A DNA stretch of 64,000 bases from the NCBI RefSeq assembly GCF_053078305.1, contig NZ_CP166879.1; one strand, given 5' to 3'. Position numbers and translations under genes: made by a program. Under the pieces are notes generated by a model. The model saw only the letters and a list, made by a program, of their open reading frames with translations, was not told the DNA's origin and searched no databases. Positions within the stretch are counted from its first letter, which is position 1; every line of letters starts with the position of its first letter. Positions 45,797 through 57,000 of the stretch are shown here, piece after piece.

Positions 45797-47043
45797 CAGG
45801 AGCGAGCTCCTTTTTTCGCGTATTCGCGGCTGGTGGCTTTCTCTTCCGGAGTGGTGGCGCTCTGGGCTTCCACCACTTCCACTTTCGCCCCTTCGGTCAG
45901 GCGATCAATGCCGTCTGTCACCACGCGATCGCCCGCAGAAATACCTGCGCGGATCACCACTTTCTGACTGTCCTGAATGCCCGGCGTCACCAGATGTTTG
46001 CTGACCTTGTTTTCGCTATTCAGCACCCAGACAAAATGGCCTTCATTGCCCATTTGCAGGGCGGCTGTTGGGATCACTACGGCGTTTTGTTCGGTGTCGA
46101 CTAACATGCGCGCGTTAACAAACTGATTGGGAAACAGCGCATCATCCTGATTATTAAAGCGTGCTTTCACTTTAATCGTACCGGTAGTGGCATCGATTTG
46201 GTTATCGAGACTTAACAGCGTGCCTTCACTTAATTTCTTTGAATTGGTGCGATCCCAGGCTTCTACCACCAGCGGTTTTCCGGATTTCTGCGCCTGCACG
46301 ACGGTAGCGATATCGCTTTCCGGCAGGGTAAAGAGCAAATCGATAGGATGCGTCTGGGTGATCACCACGATCCCGGTGGTATCACCACTGGAGATTTGGT
46401 TACCAACATCAACCTGCTTGAGACCAACGCGACCATCGACTGGTGCGGTGATGCGGCTCCAGTCGAGTTGCAGCTGCGCGCTGGCGACGCTTGCTTCATC
46501 AGCCTTAATGGTGCCTTCGGTTTCACTGACCAGTGCCTGTTGGGCATCCAGCTCCTGACGGGATACGAGATTGGTTTTTGCCAGTTGCTGATAACGCGCC
46601 AGATCACGGCGGGCGTTAGCAAGCGTGGCTTTATCTTTTGCCAGTTGGCCCTGGGCTTGTGCTAATGCAACTTTGAACTGGCTGGGGTCAATTTCTGCCA
46701 GTAAATCGCCTGCTTTGACCTGCTGGCCTTCCTGGAAATGTAACGCCATCAGTTGACCATCCACGCGGCTGCGCACCGTAACAGTATTAGCGGCGGTAAT
46801 GGTGCCAAGCCCGGTGAGGTAACGCGGAACTGCCTGTTCTACGGCGGTCGCCGCCTGAACCGGGGCTAATGGGCCGGAACGCATACCACGGCGACCACCC
46901 GCAGGTGGGTGCTGCGCTTGTTTCGTCGCACCTGGTGCTGCGCTCTGGGGTTCATTGCGGCCTTGCCAGAACCAGAATGCGGCGATGGCGGCGATAACCA
47001 CCACGATTACGATTACCCAACGGGATTTATAACTGCCTTTCAT
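45796..47043 (-). CDS. mdtA: RND efflux membrane-fusion (periplasmic adaptor) protein
   Basis: Start taken at [25 protein letters not shown], inside a longer track ORF. Confidence 0.92.
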   Translation of the reverse strand: MKGSYKSRWVIVIVVVIAAIAAFWFWQGRNEPQSAAPGATKQAQHPPAGGRRGMRSGPLAPVQAATAVEQAVPRYLTGLGTITAANTVTVRSRVDGQLMALHFQEGQQVKAGDLLAEIDPSQFKVALAQAQGQLAKDKATLANARRDLARYQQLAKTNLVSRQELDAQQALVSETEGTIKADEASVASAQLQLDWSRITAPVDGRVGLKQVDVGNQISSGDTTGIVVITQTHPIDLLFTLPESDIATVVQAQKSGKPLVVEAWDRTNSKKLSEGTLLSLDNQIDATTGTIKVKARFNNQDDALFPNQFVNARMLVDTEQNAVVIPTAALQMGNEGHFVWVLNSENKVSKHLVTPGIQDSQKVVIRAGISAGDRVVTDGIDRLTEGAKVEVVEAQSATTPEEKATSREYAKKGARS

Positions 47044-47254
47044 CGTTAAGAGTTTCTCTTCCTGAAACGTTTCGCGGAATGATACTAGTGTAGCCAGCCA
47101 ATAAGGGAGAAAAATGGAGGAATTATGAAACACTGTCGGGAATCGTCTGAATGGCGGGCACATTTGCGAGCACGCATCCAGTAATAACACAGGAAACTAT
47201 TTTATCTACGCGTTAGCGATAGACTGCATGCATGGCGAAAGGAGGTAAGCCGAC

Positions 47255-47400
47255 GATTTCAGCGGGATGCTGAAACGGGAAAGCCCCTCCCGAGGAAGGG
47301 GTCTTAAATAAGGAAAGGGTCATGATGAAGATACTCATCATCGTGGTGCTCTTAGTGATTAGCTACCCAGCATACTAAGACTACCAGGGCGGGGGAAACC
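47255..47400 (-). ncRNA. Sib-family antisense RNA, copy 1 (ends approximate)
   Basis: Placed by analogy: Sib RNAs are transcribed opposite to, and fully overlap, the ibs ORF. Ends cannot be fixed from sequence alone. Confidence 0.4.
47322..47378 (+). CDS. Ibs-family type I toxin, copy 1 (18 aa: MMKILIIVVLLVISYPAY)
   Basis: Mini-ORF preceded by aaggaaagggtc; the peptide has the characteristic Ibs hydrophobic sequence. Confidence 0.8.
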   Translation: MMKILIIVVLLVISYPAY

Positions 47401-47582
47401 CCGCTCTACCCTCACTCCTGAAAGTATGCCTTCACGTTCAGAATGTCAATCCGCAGGCTTTGCAGTCTGCGATCCTGCCAGCAAATATTCTTTGCGAGAC
47501 GTTACGCAATAATAACACAGGAAACTATTTTATCTACGCGTTAGCGATAGACTGAATTCAGGGCGAAAGGAGGTAAGCCGAC

Positions 47583-47728
47583 GATTTCAGCGGGACGCTG
47601 AAACGGGAAAGCCCCTCCCGAGGAAGGGGCCTTAAATAAGGAAAGGGTCATGATGAAGTGGATCATCATCGTGGTGCGCTTAGTCATAAGCTTCCCGGCT
47701 TACTAAGACTACCAGGGCGGGGGAAACC
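47583..47728 (-). ncRNA. Sib-family antisense RNA, copy 2 (ends approximate)
   Basis: As copy 1. Confidence 0.4.
47650..47706 (+). CDS. Ibs-family type I toxin, copy 2 (18 aa: MMKWIIIVVRLVISFPAY)
   Basis: Same position within repeat unit 2. Confidence 0.8.
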   Translation: MMKWIIIVVRLVISFPAY

Positions 47729-47919
47729 CCGCTCTACCCTCACTCCTGAAAGTATGCCTTCACGATAAGATTGTCAATCTGCAGGCTTTGCAGTCTGCGA
47801 TCCTGCCAGCAAATATTCTTTGCGAGTCGTTACGCAATAATCATAGAGGGAACTATTTTGTTCACGCGTTAGCGATAGACTGCATTCAGGGCGAAAGGAG
47901 GTAAGCCGACGATTTCAGC

Positions 47920-48070
47920 GGGACGCTGAAACGGGAAACACTCTCCCGGAGAAGAGGGCTTTTAATAAGGAAAGGGTTATGATGAAGCACGTCATCATAC
48001 TGGTGATACTCTTGGTGATTAGCTTCCAGGCTTACTAAGAACACCAGGGGGAGGGGGAAACCTCTCCCTA
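47920..48070 (-). ncRNA. Sib-family antisense RNA, copy 3 (ends approximate)
   Basis: As copy 1. Confidence 0.4.
47989..48048 (+). CDS. Ibs-family type I toxin, copy 3 (19 aa: MMKHVIILVILLVISFQAY)
   Basis: Same position within repeat unit 3. Confidence 0.8.
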
Positions 48071-48258
48071 ACCCTCACTCCTGAAATTATGTCACTCCGC
48101 CCTTAGTGTCAATCGACGGCTCTCCGTTCTTGCGAGGCGAATAGCAAAATTTTCTGCGCCGCCGGGCCTAATTCTGAAAGTTTCTTCGTTTGCTCTTATT
48201 TCATTATTGCAATCGGTATGATACCGGACCTCAATAATTCTCTAAGAAAGGATTTCTT

Positions 48259-48918
48259 ATGAGCGAACAAATCACGTTTGCCACCAGCGATTTTGCCAGT
48301 AACCCGGAACCACGTTGCCCCTGCATTTTGCTGCTGGATGTTTCTGGTTCGATGAACGGTAGACCCATTAATGAACTTAACGCCGGATTGGTTACCTTTC
48401 GCGATGAGCTGCTTGCCGACCCGCTGGCCTTAAAAAGAGTGGAACTTGGTATTGTGACGTTCGGCCCGGTGCATGTGGAACAACCCTTTACCAGCGCCGC
48501 TAATTTTTTCCCGCCCATCCTGTTTGCCCAGGGCGATACACCAATGGGTGCCGCCATTACCAAAGCCCTGGATATGGTAGAGGAGCGGAAACGTGAGTAT
48601 CGTGCAAATGGTATTTCGTATTATCGCCCGTGGATTTTCCTGATCACCGATGGTGCACCAACCGATGAGTGGCAGGCTGCCGCCAACAAAGTGTTTCAGG
48701 GGGAAGAAGATAAGAAGTTTGCCTTCTTTTCCATCGGTGTTCAGGGGGCGGATATTAAGACTCTGGCACAAATCAGCGTTCGTCAGCCTTTGCCACTGCA
48801 GGGATTACAATTCCGTGAACTGTTTAGCTGGTTATCCAGTTCGCTGCGTTCGGTTTCCCGCTCCACGCCGGGAACGGAAGTTGTGCTGGAAGCGCCAAAA
48901 GGCTGGACGTCAGTTTGA
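48259..48918 (+). CDS. yegL: von Willebrand factor A (vWA) domain protein, TerY-like
   Basis: 219 aa; a MIDAS-type motif DxSxS is visible in [12 protein letters not shown]. Confidence 0.85.
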   Translation: MSEQITFATSDFASNPEPRCPCILLLDVSGSMNGRPINELNAGLVTFRDELLADPLALKRVELGIVTFGPVHVEQPFTSAANFFPPILFAQGDTPMGAAITKALDMVEERKREYRANGISYYRPWIFLITDGAPTDEWQAAANKVFQGEEDKKFAFFSIGVQGADIKTLAQISVRQPLPLQGLQFRELFSWLSSSLRSVSRSTPGTEVVLEAPKGWTSV

Positions 48919-49676
48919 GCTGGCGTCTGGTTTATGCATCCGCTGTTGGAACGTCGCACATTAGCGCTGATTTACCTTGTCAGGATGCCTGCCAGATGCA
49001 GGTTGCCTGGCTAAATGACCAGCAGCCATTACTGGTGATGTTCCTTGCTGATGGCGCAGGCAGTGTCTCGCAGGGTGGCGAAGGCGCGATGCTTGCCATC
49101 AATGAAGCGATGGCTTATGTGTCGCAAAAAGTGCAGCACGGTGAATTTGGACTCAATGATATCCTCGCCACGGATATTGTGCTGACCGTTCGTCAGCGAC
49201 TTTTTGCCGAGGCAGAAGCCAAAGCATTAGCAGTTCGCGATTTTGCCTGCACGTTTCTGGGATTGATTTCATCGGCTAACGGCACCTTGATTATGCAAAT
49301 TGGCGACGGCGGTGTAGTGGTGGATTTTGGTCGTGGTCTGGAACTGCCGCTTACGCCGATGGTGGGTGAATATGCCAATATGACGCATTTCATTAGCGAT
49401 GAAGATGCTGTTTCCAGACTGGAAACTTTCACCAGCACTGAGCGTGCGCATAAAGTTGCAGCATTTACGGATGGTATTCAGCGACTGGCGTTAAATATGC
49501 TGGATAATTCTCCGCATGTGCCTTTCTTTACCCCGTTTTTCAATGGACTGGCGGCAGCAACGCAGGAACAACTCGATTTATTACCTGAATTGTTAAAGCA
49601 GTTTTTGTCGAGCCCGGCGGTAAACGAGCGTACCGATGATGATAAAACGTTGGCACTGGCGCTGTGGTTACCATGA
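48915..49676 (+). CDS. yegK: PP2C-family Ser/Thr protein phosphatase
   Basis: 253 aa; its start overlaps the yegL stop (apparent TTG start). Contains the PP2C-type metal-binding motif ...FLADGAGS... Confidence 0.82.
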   Translation: MSWRLVYASAVGTSHISADLPCQDACQMQVAWLNDQQPLLVMFLADGAGSVSQGGEGAMLAINEAMAYVSQKVQHGEFGLNDILATDIVLTVRQRLFAEAEAKALAVRDFACTFLGLISSANGTLIMQIGDGGVVVDFGRGLELPLTPMVGEYANMTHFISDEDAVSRLETFTSTERAHKVAAFTDGIQRLALNMLDNSPHVPFFTPFFNGLAAATQEQLDLLPELLKQFLSSPAVNERTDDDKTLALALWLP

Positions 49677-51613
49677 AACCCACTTTATATACTGCTACTG
49701 GTGAGTGCATTACGCCAGGCCGTGAACTGGGCAAAGGTGGCGAAGGCGCGGTTTATGATATCAATGAGTTTGTCGATAGCGTCGCCAAGATTTATCACAC
49801 GCCGCCACCCGCCTTAAAACAGGACAAACTTGCCTTTATGGCTGCGACAGCTGACGCGCAGTTGTTGAATTATGTCGCCTGGCCGCAGGCAACGCTTCAC
49901 GGTGGACGAGGCGGAAAAGTTATCGGTTTTATGATGCCAAAAGTTTCTGGTAAAGAACCGATTCATATGATCTATAGCCCGGCACATCGTCGCCAGAGTT
50001 ACCCTCATTGTGCGTGGGATTTTCTACTCTATGTTGCGCGCAATATTGCTTCATCTTTTGCTACGGTTCACGAGCACGGGCACGTCGTGGGTGACGTAAA
50101 CCAGAACAGCTTTATGGTAGGTCGCGACAGCAAAGTGGTGTTGATTGATAGCGACTCCTTTCAGATTAACGCTAATGGCACGTTGCATTTATGCGAAGTT
50201 GGCGTGTCGCATTTTACGCCGCCAGAGCTACAAACCTTGCCATCATTTGTCGGCTTTGAACGCACCGCGAATCACGATAATTTTGGCCTTGCGTTGCTGA
50301 TTTTTCACGTCTTGTTTGGTGGGCGGCATCCTTATTCTGGTGTGCCGCTTATCTCTGATGCGGGTAATGCGCTGGAGACGGATATTGCCCATTTCCGTTA
50401 TGCCTACGCGTCAGATAATCAGCGGCGTGGTTTAAAACCGCCGCCACGATCTATTCCGCTGTCGATGTTACCGGGCGATGTTGAAGCCATGTTTCAGCAG
50501 GCATTCACGGAAAGTGGCGTGGCAACGGGGCGTCCGACGGCTAAAGCGTGGGTAGCGGCACTGGACTCTCTACGCCAACAGTTAAAGAAATGTACCGTTT
50601 CAGCAATGCATGTTTACCCCGCTCATTTGACTGATTGCCCGTGGTGTACGCTGGATAATCAAGGCGTTATCTATTTTATTGATCTCGGCGAAGAGGTCAT
50701 TACCACCAGTGGTGATTTTGTGCTGGCGAAAGTCTGGGCGATGGTGATGGCGTCAGTAGCACCGCCAGCATTGCAATTGCCATTACCCGATCATTTCCAA
50801 CCGACTGGCAGGCCGCTTCCTTTAGGCCTGTTACGGCGCGAATACATCATTCTGATTGAGATCGCACTGTCAGCGTTATCGCTGTTGCTTTGCGGCCTTC
50901 AGGCAGAACCGCGTTATATTATTTTGGTTCCTGTGCTGGCGGCTATCTGGATTATTGGCAGTCTGACAAGCAAAGCTTATAAAGCAGAAATCCAGCAACG
51001 CCGTGAGGCATTTAATCGCGCGAAAATGGACTATGACCATTTAGTCAGCCAGATCCAACAGTTGGGCGGGCTGGAAGGTTTTATCGCCAAACGGACGATG
51101 CTCGAAAAAATGAAGGACGAAATGCTCGGGTTACCGGAAGAAGAAAAACGTGCTCTGGCAGCACTTCACGACACCGCAAGGGAACGGCAGAAGCAGAAGT
51201 TTCTGGAGGGATTTTTTATTGATGTTGCCTCTATTCCCGGCGTTGGCCCTGCGCGTAAAGCGGCGTTACGGTCCTTTGGTATTGAAACAGCAGCGGATGT
51301 TACCCGTCGTGGGGTTAAGCAAGTGAAAGGGTTTGGTGATCATCTGACCCAGGCAGTTATCGACTGGAAAGCAAGTTGCGAACGCCGTTTTGTGTTCAGG
51401 CCGAATGAAGCGGTAACGCCAGCAGACAGACAAGCGGTAATGGCGAAAATGACCGCCAAACGACATCGGCTGGAATCGACGTTGACTGTCGGCGCGACAG
51501 AGTTGCAGCGATTTCGCCTTCATGCTCCAGCACGGACCATGCCGTTGATGGAACCTTTACGTCAGGCGGCAGAAAAACTGGCTCAGGCGCAAGCAGATTT
51601 AAGCCGCTGCTGA
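49664..51613 (+). CDS. yegI: Atypical Ser/Thr protein kinase-like protein with C-terminal membrane and coiled-coil regions
   Basis: 649-aa track ORF; the likely start is the ATG at 49673, overlapping the yegK stop as ATGA. Degenerate kinase motifs: GKGGEGAVYD (Gly-rich loop), VAKIYH, HVVGDVNQNS (catalytic-loop-like), IDSDSF (DFG-like). Confidence 0.82.
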   Translation: MVTMKPTLYTATGECITPGRELGKGGEGAVYDINEFVDSVAKIYHTPPPALKQDKLAFMAATADAQLLNYVAWPQATLHGGRGGKVIGFMMPKVSGKEPIHMIYSPAHRRQSYPHCAWDFLLYVARNIASSFATVHEHGHVVGDVNQNSFMVGRDSKVVLIDSDSFQINANGTLHLCEVGVSHFTPPELQTLPSFVGFERTANHDNFGLALLIFHVLFGGRHPYSGVPLISDAGNALETDIAHFRYAYASDNQRRGLKPPPRSIPLSMLPGDVEAMFQQAFTESGVATGRPTAKAWVAALDSLRQQLKKCTVSAMHVYPAHLTDCPWCTLDNQGVIYFIDLGEEVITTSGDFVLAKVWAMVMASVAPPALQLPLPDHFQPTGRPLPLGLLRREYIILIEIALSALSLLLCGLQAEPRYIILVPVLAAIWIIGSLTSKAYKAEIQQRREAFNRAKMDYDHLVSQIQQLGGLEGFIAKRTMLEKMKDEMLGLPEEEKRALAALHDTARERQKQKFLEGFFIDVASIPGVGPARKAALRSFGIETAADVTRRGVKQVKGFGDHLTQAVIDWKASCERRFVFRPNEAVTPADRQAVMAKMTAKRHRLESTLTVGATELQRFRLHAPARTMPLMEPLRQAAEKLAQAQADLSRC

Positions 51614-51625
51614 GCCATTTTTCAA

Positions 51626-52978
51626 TTAACGAAACACCACTTCCGCCCAGCGTGCCAGCCCGGCGGTGACGGAGCCAAAGTCATCGCCGCCTGCAATCGG
51701 AATGCCCGGCAACTGTTCTGCCAGCGCTTTTTTAATCAGCGGCGAACGGGCGCTACCGCCGGTCAGGTAGATGACATCCGGTTTTTCCTGGGCGTTATCC
51801 AGGGCCAGTTGCACCTGTTCCAGAATCCGCGCCAGTGGCTGGCTGAGGGCGCTTTCCAGCCCTTGCTGGCTAATCAGCGTAGCCAGTTCATCGCTGATAA
51901 ACGGCAGTGAGGCGCGGATTTCCGCTACGCTTGAAAGAGCAATTTTGCACTCTTCTGCGCTACGCACCAGGCGATAGCTTAAACGCTGACGCCAGACTTT
52001 CTGTAGCAGGGCCACTTTTTCCGGTTCGCGGGCATCGCGTACCAGATCGTTAAGCAGACGACCGTTGGCACTACTGTAGAAATCACTCTGCGCAGGAACG
52101 TCGTTGATGGCAACCGCATTCCACCACGGCAGAATCGGCAGGGCGATGCCTTTTTCGGTTTCGCCGCCCATGCCCAGTAACGGCATCAGGTTTTTAAACG
52201 CCAGCGCGATATCCAGATCGTTACCGCCAATACGGCAACCACTGTGACCCAGCAGGCTGGCTTCACGATCGAGACGCGAACGCCACTGCGGCCCCATCAG
52301 CAGCAATGAACAGTCAGTCGTACCACCGCCGATATCCACCACCAGCACCCGTTTTTCTTCCTGCAAAGTCGCTTCGTAATCCAGCCCTGCCGCTACCGGC
52401 TCGTACTGGAATACCACATCCTTAAACCCGGCACGCTTCGCCGCGCGTTCCAGAATCCCTTGCGCCTGGGCGTTTGCTTCATCGCCGCCCAGCCCCTGGA
52501 AGTTGATCGGGCGACCAATCACCGCCTGAGTAATCGCTTCTGGCAGCTGCGCCTGCGCCTGCTGGCGAATGTGCAACATCATTGCGCAGACCAGATCCTC
52601 AAACAGCGCTACCTGCTGCGGTTTTAAGCCGCTGGCACCGAGGAACGATTTTGGTGATTTCACAAACCACACTTCTTCTGGATCATCAATGTACTGTGCC
52701 AGTGAGGAAAGACCGAACTGCACGCTTTTCGCCGTAACATCGATATCTTCTTCGCGGTTATAACGAATCGCCCGACGCAACAGCGCCTGCGTTTCATCGT
52801 CGTCTGCCGGAACATCATGATGGCGGTACAGCCATTCGCTTACCGCTTCACGCGTTGGCGCGCAAAGCATTGAAGGCAGCAGCGTGCTGTCGTTTTCCAT
52901 TTTTAGCAAGTGCGGTTTACCGTCACGCATGACCGCCACTGAACAGTTTGCTGTACCGTAATCAAAACCAATAAACAC
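51626..52978 (-). CDS. yegD: Hsp70/actin-fold ATPase-family protein
   Basis: N-terminal FIGFDYGTANCSVAV is an Hsp70-like phosphate-1 motif; convergent with yegI. Start taken at the GTG giving about 450 aa. Confidence 0.82.
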   Translation of the reverse strand: MFIGFDYGTANCSVAVMRDGKPHLLKMENDSTLLPSMLCAPTREAVSEWLYRHHDVPADDDETQALLRRAIRYNREEDIDVTAKSVQFGLSSLAQYIDDPEEVWFVKSPKSFLGASGLKPQQVALFEDLVCAMMLHIRQQAQAQLPEAITQAVIGRPINFQGLGGDEANAQAQGILERAAKRAGFKDVVFQYEPVAAGLDYEATLQEEKRVLVVDIGGGTTDCSLLLMGPQWRSRLDREASLLGHSGCRIGGNDLDIALAFKNLMPLLGMGGETEKGIALPILPWWNAVAINDVPAQSDFYSSANGRLLNDLVRDAREPEKVALLQKVWRQRLSYRLVRSAEECKIALSSVAEIRASLPFISDELATLISQQGLESALSQPLARILEQVQLALDNAQEKPDVIYLTGGSARSPLIKKALAEQLPGIPIAGGDDFGSVTAGLARWAEVVFR

Positions 52979-53111
52979 GAAATAATCCCCATGCCGGTGA
53001 AGAAGGGGCGTGACTTTAGCGAAATGTTGCCGTCGCGACAACCGGAATATGAAAGCAAAGCGCAGCGTCTGAATAACGTTTATGCTGAAAGCGGATAAAC
53101 AAGGAGATGCG

Positions 53112-53960
53112 ATGTATACCCTGAACTGGCAGCCGCCGTATGACTGGTCGTGGATGTTGGGATTTCTCGCCGCCCGTGCAGTGAGTGGTGTGGAAACGGT
53201 CGCGGACAGTTATTATGCCCGTAGTCTGGCGGTGGGCGAATATCGCGGCGTGGTGACTGCTATTCCGGATATAGCCCGCCATACTCTGCACATAAATTTA
53301 AGTGCAGATTTAGAACCCGTTGCCGCTGAGTGTCTGGCGAAAATGAGCCGCCTGCTTGATCTGCAATGTAACCCGCAGATTGTTAACGGTGCGTTGGGCA
53401 AGTTAGGCGCGGCGCGGCCCGGATTGCGTTTACCCGGCAGTGTTGATGCTTTTGAGCAGGGCGTGCGGGCGATTTTAGGCCAACTGGTGAGCGTGGCGAT
53501 GGCGGCAAAATTGACCGCCAGAGTGGCACAGCTTTATGGCGAACGGCTGGATGATTTTCCGGAGTATATCTGCTTCCCCACGCCTCAGCGGCTGGCAGCA
53601 GCCGACCCGCAGGCATTAAAAGCGTTAGGCATGCCGTTGAAACGGGCAGAGGCACTGATTCATCTGGCAAATGCGGCGCTGGAGGGCAGCTTACCAATGA
53701 CAATTCCGGGCGATGTGGAGCAGGCGATGAAAACGCTGCAAACTTTTCCGGGTATCGGGCGCTGGACGGCGAATTATTTCGCCTTGCGCGGCTGGCAGGC
53801 GAAAGATGTTTTCCTGCCGGATGATTATCTGATTAAACAGCGATTTCCGGGAATGACACCGGCACAAATCCGCCGTTATGCCGAGCGCTGGAAGCCCTGG
53901 CGTTCTTATGCGCTGTTGCATATCTGGTATACGGAAGGCTGGCAGCCAGACGAAGCATGA
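53112..53960 (+). CDS. alkA: 3-methyladenine DNA glycosylase II
   Basis: Start taken at MYTLNWQPPYDW; contains the helix-hairpin-helix glycosylase region (FPGIGRWTANYFALRG). Confidence 0.92.
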   Translation: MYTLNWQPPYDWSWMLGFLAARAVSGVETVADSYYARSLAVGEYRGVVTAIPDIARHTLHINLSADLEPVAAECLAKMSRLLDLQCNPQIVNGALGKLGAARPGLRLPGSVDAFEQGVRAILGQLVSVAMAAKLTARVAQLYGERLDDFPEYICFPTPQRLAAADPQALKALGMPLKRAEALIHLANAALEGSLPMTIPGDVEQAMKTLQTFPGIGRWTANYFALRGWQAKDVFLPDDYLIKQRFPGMTPAQIRRYAERWKPWRSYALLHIWYTEGWQPDEA

Positions 53961-54007
53961 CGTTGGTCGCCGGAAGCGGTGCGAGCGCCTTGCGGAATGA
54001 GCGATTT

Positions 54008-54045
54008 GTAGGCCTGATAAGACGCGTTAGCGTCGCATCAGGCAA
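54008..54045. repeat. REP element
   Basis: gcctgataagacgcgttagcgtcgcatcaggc palindrome. Confidence 0.55.
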
Positions 54046-54060
54046 TGGGCAAACGCTCCC

Positions 54061-57000
54061 TCAGTTAATCGCGAAATAACTGCTATTCACCAGCAAATCC
54101 AGCGGTTGGGCATCGGCAATCACATCACCATAAATCAGATCGACGCCGATGCCAGAAAGCGTATCCATCACTAAGGGTAAAACGACTGGCCCGGCGATGG
54201 TTTTCATCCCGAGTCGCTGAGCGTGCCCCTGAATAATCGTAATCAGCATCTCATCCATCAAATTACCCTGCACGTTGGCGCATAACTCACCATCAAGTAG
54301 CAGATAATCTGCCATATTCGCTTTCAGCGAGTTGAAGATTTGCAGATCGCGGCCCACCTGGCTGAGCACTATCCGACATCCCGCCAGCCGCAGTTTTTGC
54401 ACGCTTTCTGCGTGATCTAAAATCGCTTCAGCCGGAATAATCAGATGTAATAACCGTGGTGGTAGAGGGCTATTTTCCAGCTGCTCAAGCAGATCATTCA
54501 CCAGCGTGGCGCTACTCAAACCGGCAACGGAAAGGGGGAGGGCGATGCTTATGCCTTTACTGGCAACTGCTTTTGCGGCCTGCTGGAAAAATTCGTGGAA
54601 TACCCTGCGGTCAAGAGCATGGCTAAGCGCCGGATCGCTGAAGCTACGACGAAATGTTTGTTCATCAATAATCTCGCCTTCGCAACTCCAGAGCTTAAGT
54701 GAAATCAGCCACAAATTACGCGCTTCCGGGATCCGTGGCGAAGCGACACCGTGGGCGAGCATCATCAACTGATTCTCTTTAATCATCCGCCACTGTTCAT
54801 CAAGCGATATCGCCGCCCGTTCGCTATGTGCGGCAGCTTGCTGCGGTTCGTAAACCGTCACCCGGCCCCGGCCACCATTTTTGGAGGCATAACAGGCGAT
54901 ATCAGCCTGCGACATCACTTCTGCCGCCTGATGATTGTTGTCATCGATCAAGGTAATCCCGGCGCTGGCACCTACCCGATGTACCCGGCCTTCCCATATA
55001 AAGTGATAGTCATTCACAGCACTGATAATACGTGTAGCGATAAAACGAGCGCTTTCAACATTGCAGTCTGGCAGCAGCAGACCAAATTCATCACCGCCGA
55101 GCCGCGCCAGCACGTCACTGGAGCGCAGCATACTCAGCATCAACGACGCCAGTTCGCGCAGCAAAGCGTCGCCCGCCGCATGCCCGGCGCTGTCATTCAC
55201 CGCTTTAAAGCGATCAAGATCGATAAACACCAGTGCATGTCGCTGATGCGTACTGTTTACCGTTTGCAGCAGGATACGCAGTTGTTTCTCAAAACTGGCG
55301 CGGTTGGCGAGATGCGTCAGTGCATCATGGGAGGCGCTGTAGCTCAGCTGGCGCAGCATTTTGCGTGATTCGGTAACGTCCTGAATCACCAGAACCGAAC
55401 CAATATTGCTGCCGTCCAGAGTACTTAACGGCGTAATACTGTAATGCACGTCGTAACTGCCGCCGCTCCGACAGTGCAACACCACATCTTGTTCGATCGC
55501 GGAACGTGAGGTGTCGGCACTGTAAATATTCTCCATTAATGGCCCGTTGTCGCCAAAAGTAATATGCAACACCGTCAGGAGCGGAACACCTAATGCTTCT
55601 TCCTGCGTCCAGCCGCTCATCTTCTCCGCCACTGGATTCATAAAGGTAATTTTCATCGCCATATCAATACAGACCACGGCTTCGCCGATGGAGTCCAGCG
55701 TAATGTGCAGGCGCTCTTTTTCCTGAAACAATGCCTCGTTAAGCTGTTTCACTTCGGTCATATCCATATTGATGCCGAGGAGACGTTCGACTTCGCCTTC
55801 TTTATTCAGTACCCGGTTGGCGAGGGCGCGGATATGGCGGATGCCATCTTTCACGGCAATGCGAAATTCCAGCTTAAAGGGCGAGCGCGATTGCAATGAA
55901 TCGCGAATCACTTTTTCGGCGTGTTGGCGATCTTCCGGCAGCACGCACTCGTACCACACTTGCCAGTTCGGTTTGATATGCGGAGGAATTTCATACAGCT
56001 CGAACATCCGCTTATCCCAGCTAAAAATATTCGGCTTCAGCTCCCACTCCCAGATGCCAATCCCGCCCGCTTCGTTAGCCAGCGTGATGCGTTCCATCAG
56101 TTGCTGATTCACCTGTTCGGTGCGTTTTAGCTCGTTAATGTCTTCAATCTGAGCGATAAAATAGAGCGGCGTGCCATCCGTGTGGCGCACCAGTGAGACG
56201 GCAAGCAACGCCCAGACAACATCGCCATTGCGGTTGTAGTAACGTTTTTCCATTGAATAGGTGTTTATTTCACCGCTTATCAGCTTTTCAACCTGTTGGA
56301 GATCTTTATTGAGATCCTCCGGCCAGGTCAGTTGCTGGAAGGTGAGTCCGCGCAGCTCTTCCTGACTGTAACCGAGAAACTGGCAGAGTGCTTTGTTGGA
56401 TTGCAGCCATTGTCCCTCGGTGCCCACTAACGCCATGCCGATAGCGGAATATTCCATCGCGTTTCGAAAGCGGGTTTCGCTTTCGGAAATGTGTTTGCGT
56501 TCCGCACGAAAGGCATACATCACCATCGTCATGATGTTGGCGGGCAGCAGGATCAGCAAAAACGGTAGCCACGGCATATGGCTCATCAGGTACGTACGCG
56601 GCGTAGCAAGCAGGGAGGGATCCGCGGCCATCATCAGCGACACCATCATCACCGTGGTAAGGAAGATCAAAAAGGCTTCCATTCGTGGCAGGCGCACGGC
56701 GCTCCACATCAACAGCACAATAATGAAAGTAAAAGGCCACGGCAGATACAGCATCGAAAGCCAGCTTAACGTCAGTGTGATGGCTAACGTGAGCAGCGAC
56801 TCAAAAAGCAACCGTGGGTTGCGATGGCGCAGCAGATAGTGTGGTTTAAATAACAATCCCAGCGGCACCAGTGCCAGAGCGCCGATGGATTCTGACAGTA
56901 CCCATATCAAAAATGCCCTGAGAGGATCGTCTCCGGGCGTCAGCAGGACAACCAGAACACCCCCCAACAGAGGTGGAACAATGGCGCTGCCGAGTGCCAG

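Larger units (their letters stand above)
47180..48110. repeat. Three tandem ~328-bp repeat units, each an Ibs/Sib type I toxin–antitoxin module
   Basis: The block cgttagcgatagactg...ggaaagggtcatgatgaag...tactaaga...ccctcactcctgaaa recurs with a 328-bp period (unit starts near 47186, 47514, 47842). Confidence 0.85.

Noticed and set aside
47180-48110. Possible CRISPR array (regular direct repeats)
   Set aside because: Repeat period is ~328 bp with no short repeat/spacer structure; the units encode Ibs toxin mini-ORFs, so this is a tandem toxin–antitoxin array, not CRISPR.
54751-55368. 205-aa ORF antisense to dgcE
   Set aside because: Lies within the GGDEF-domain coding region of dgcE; no support beyond length.
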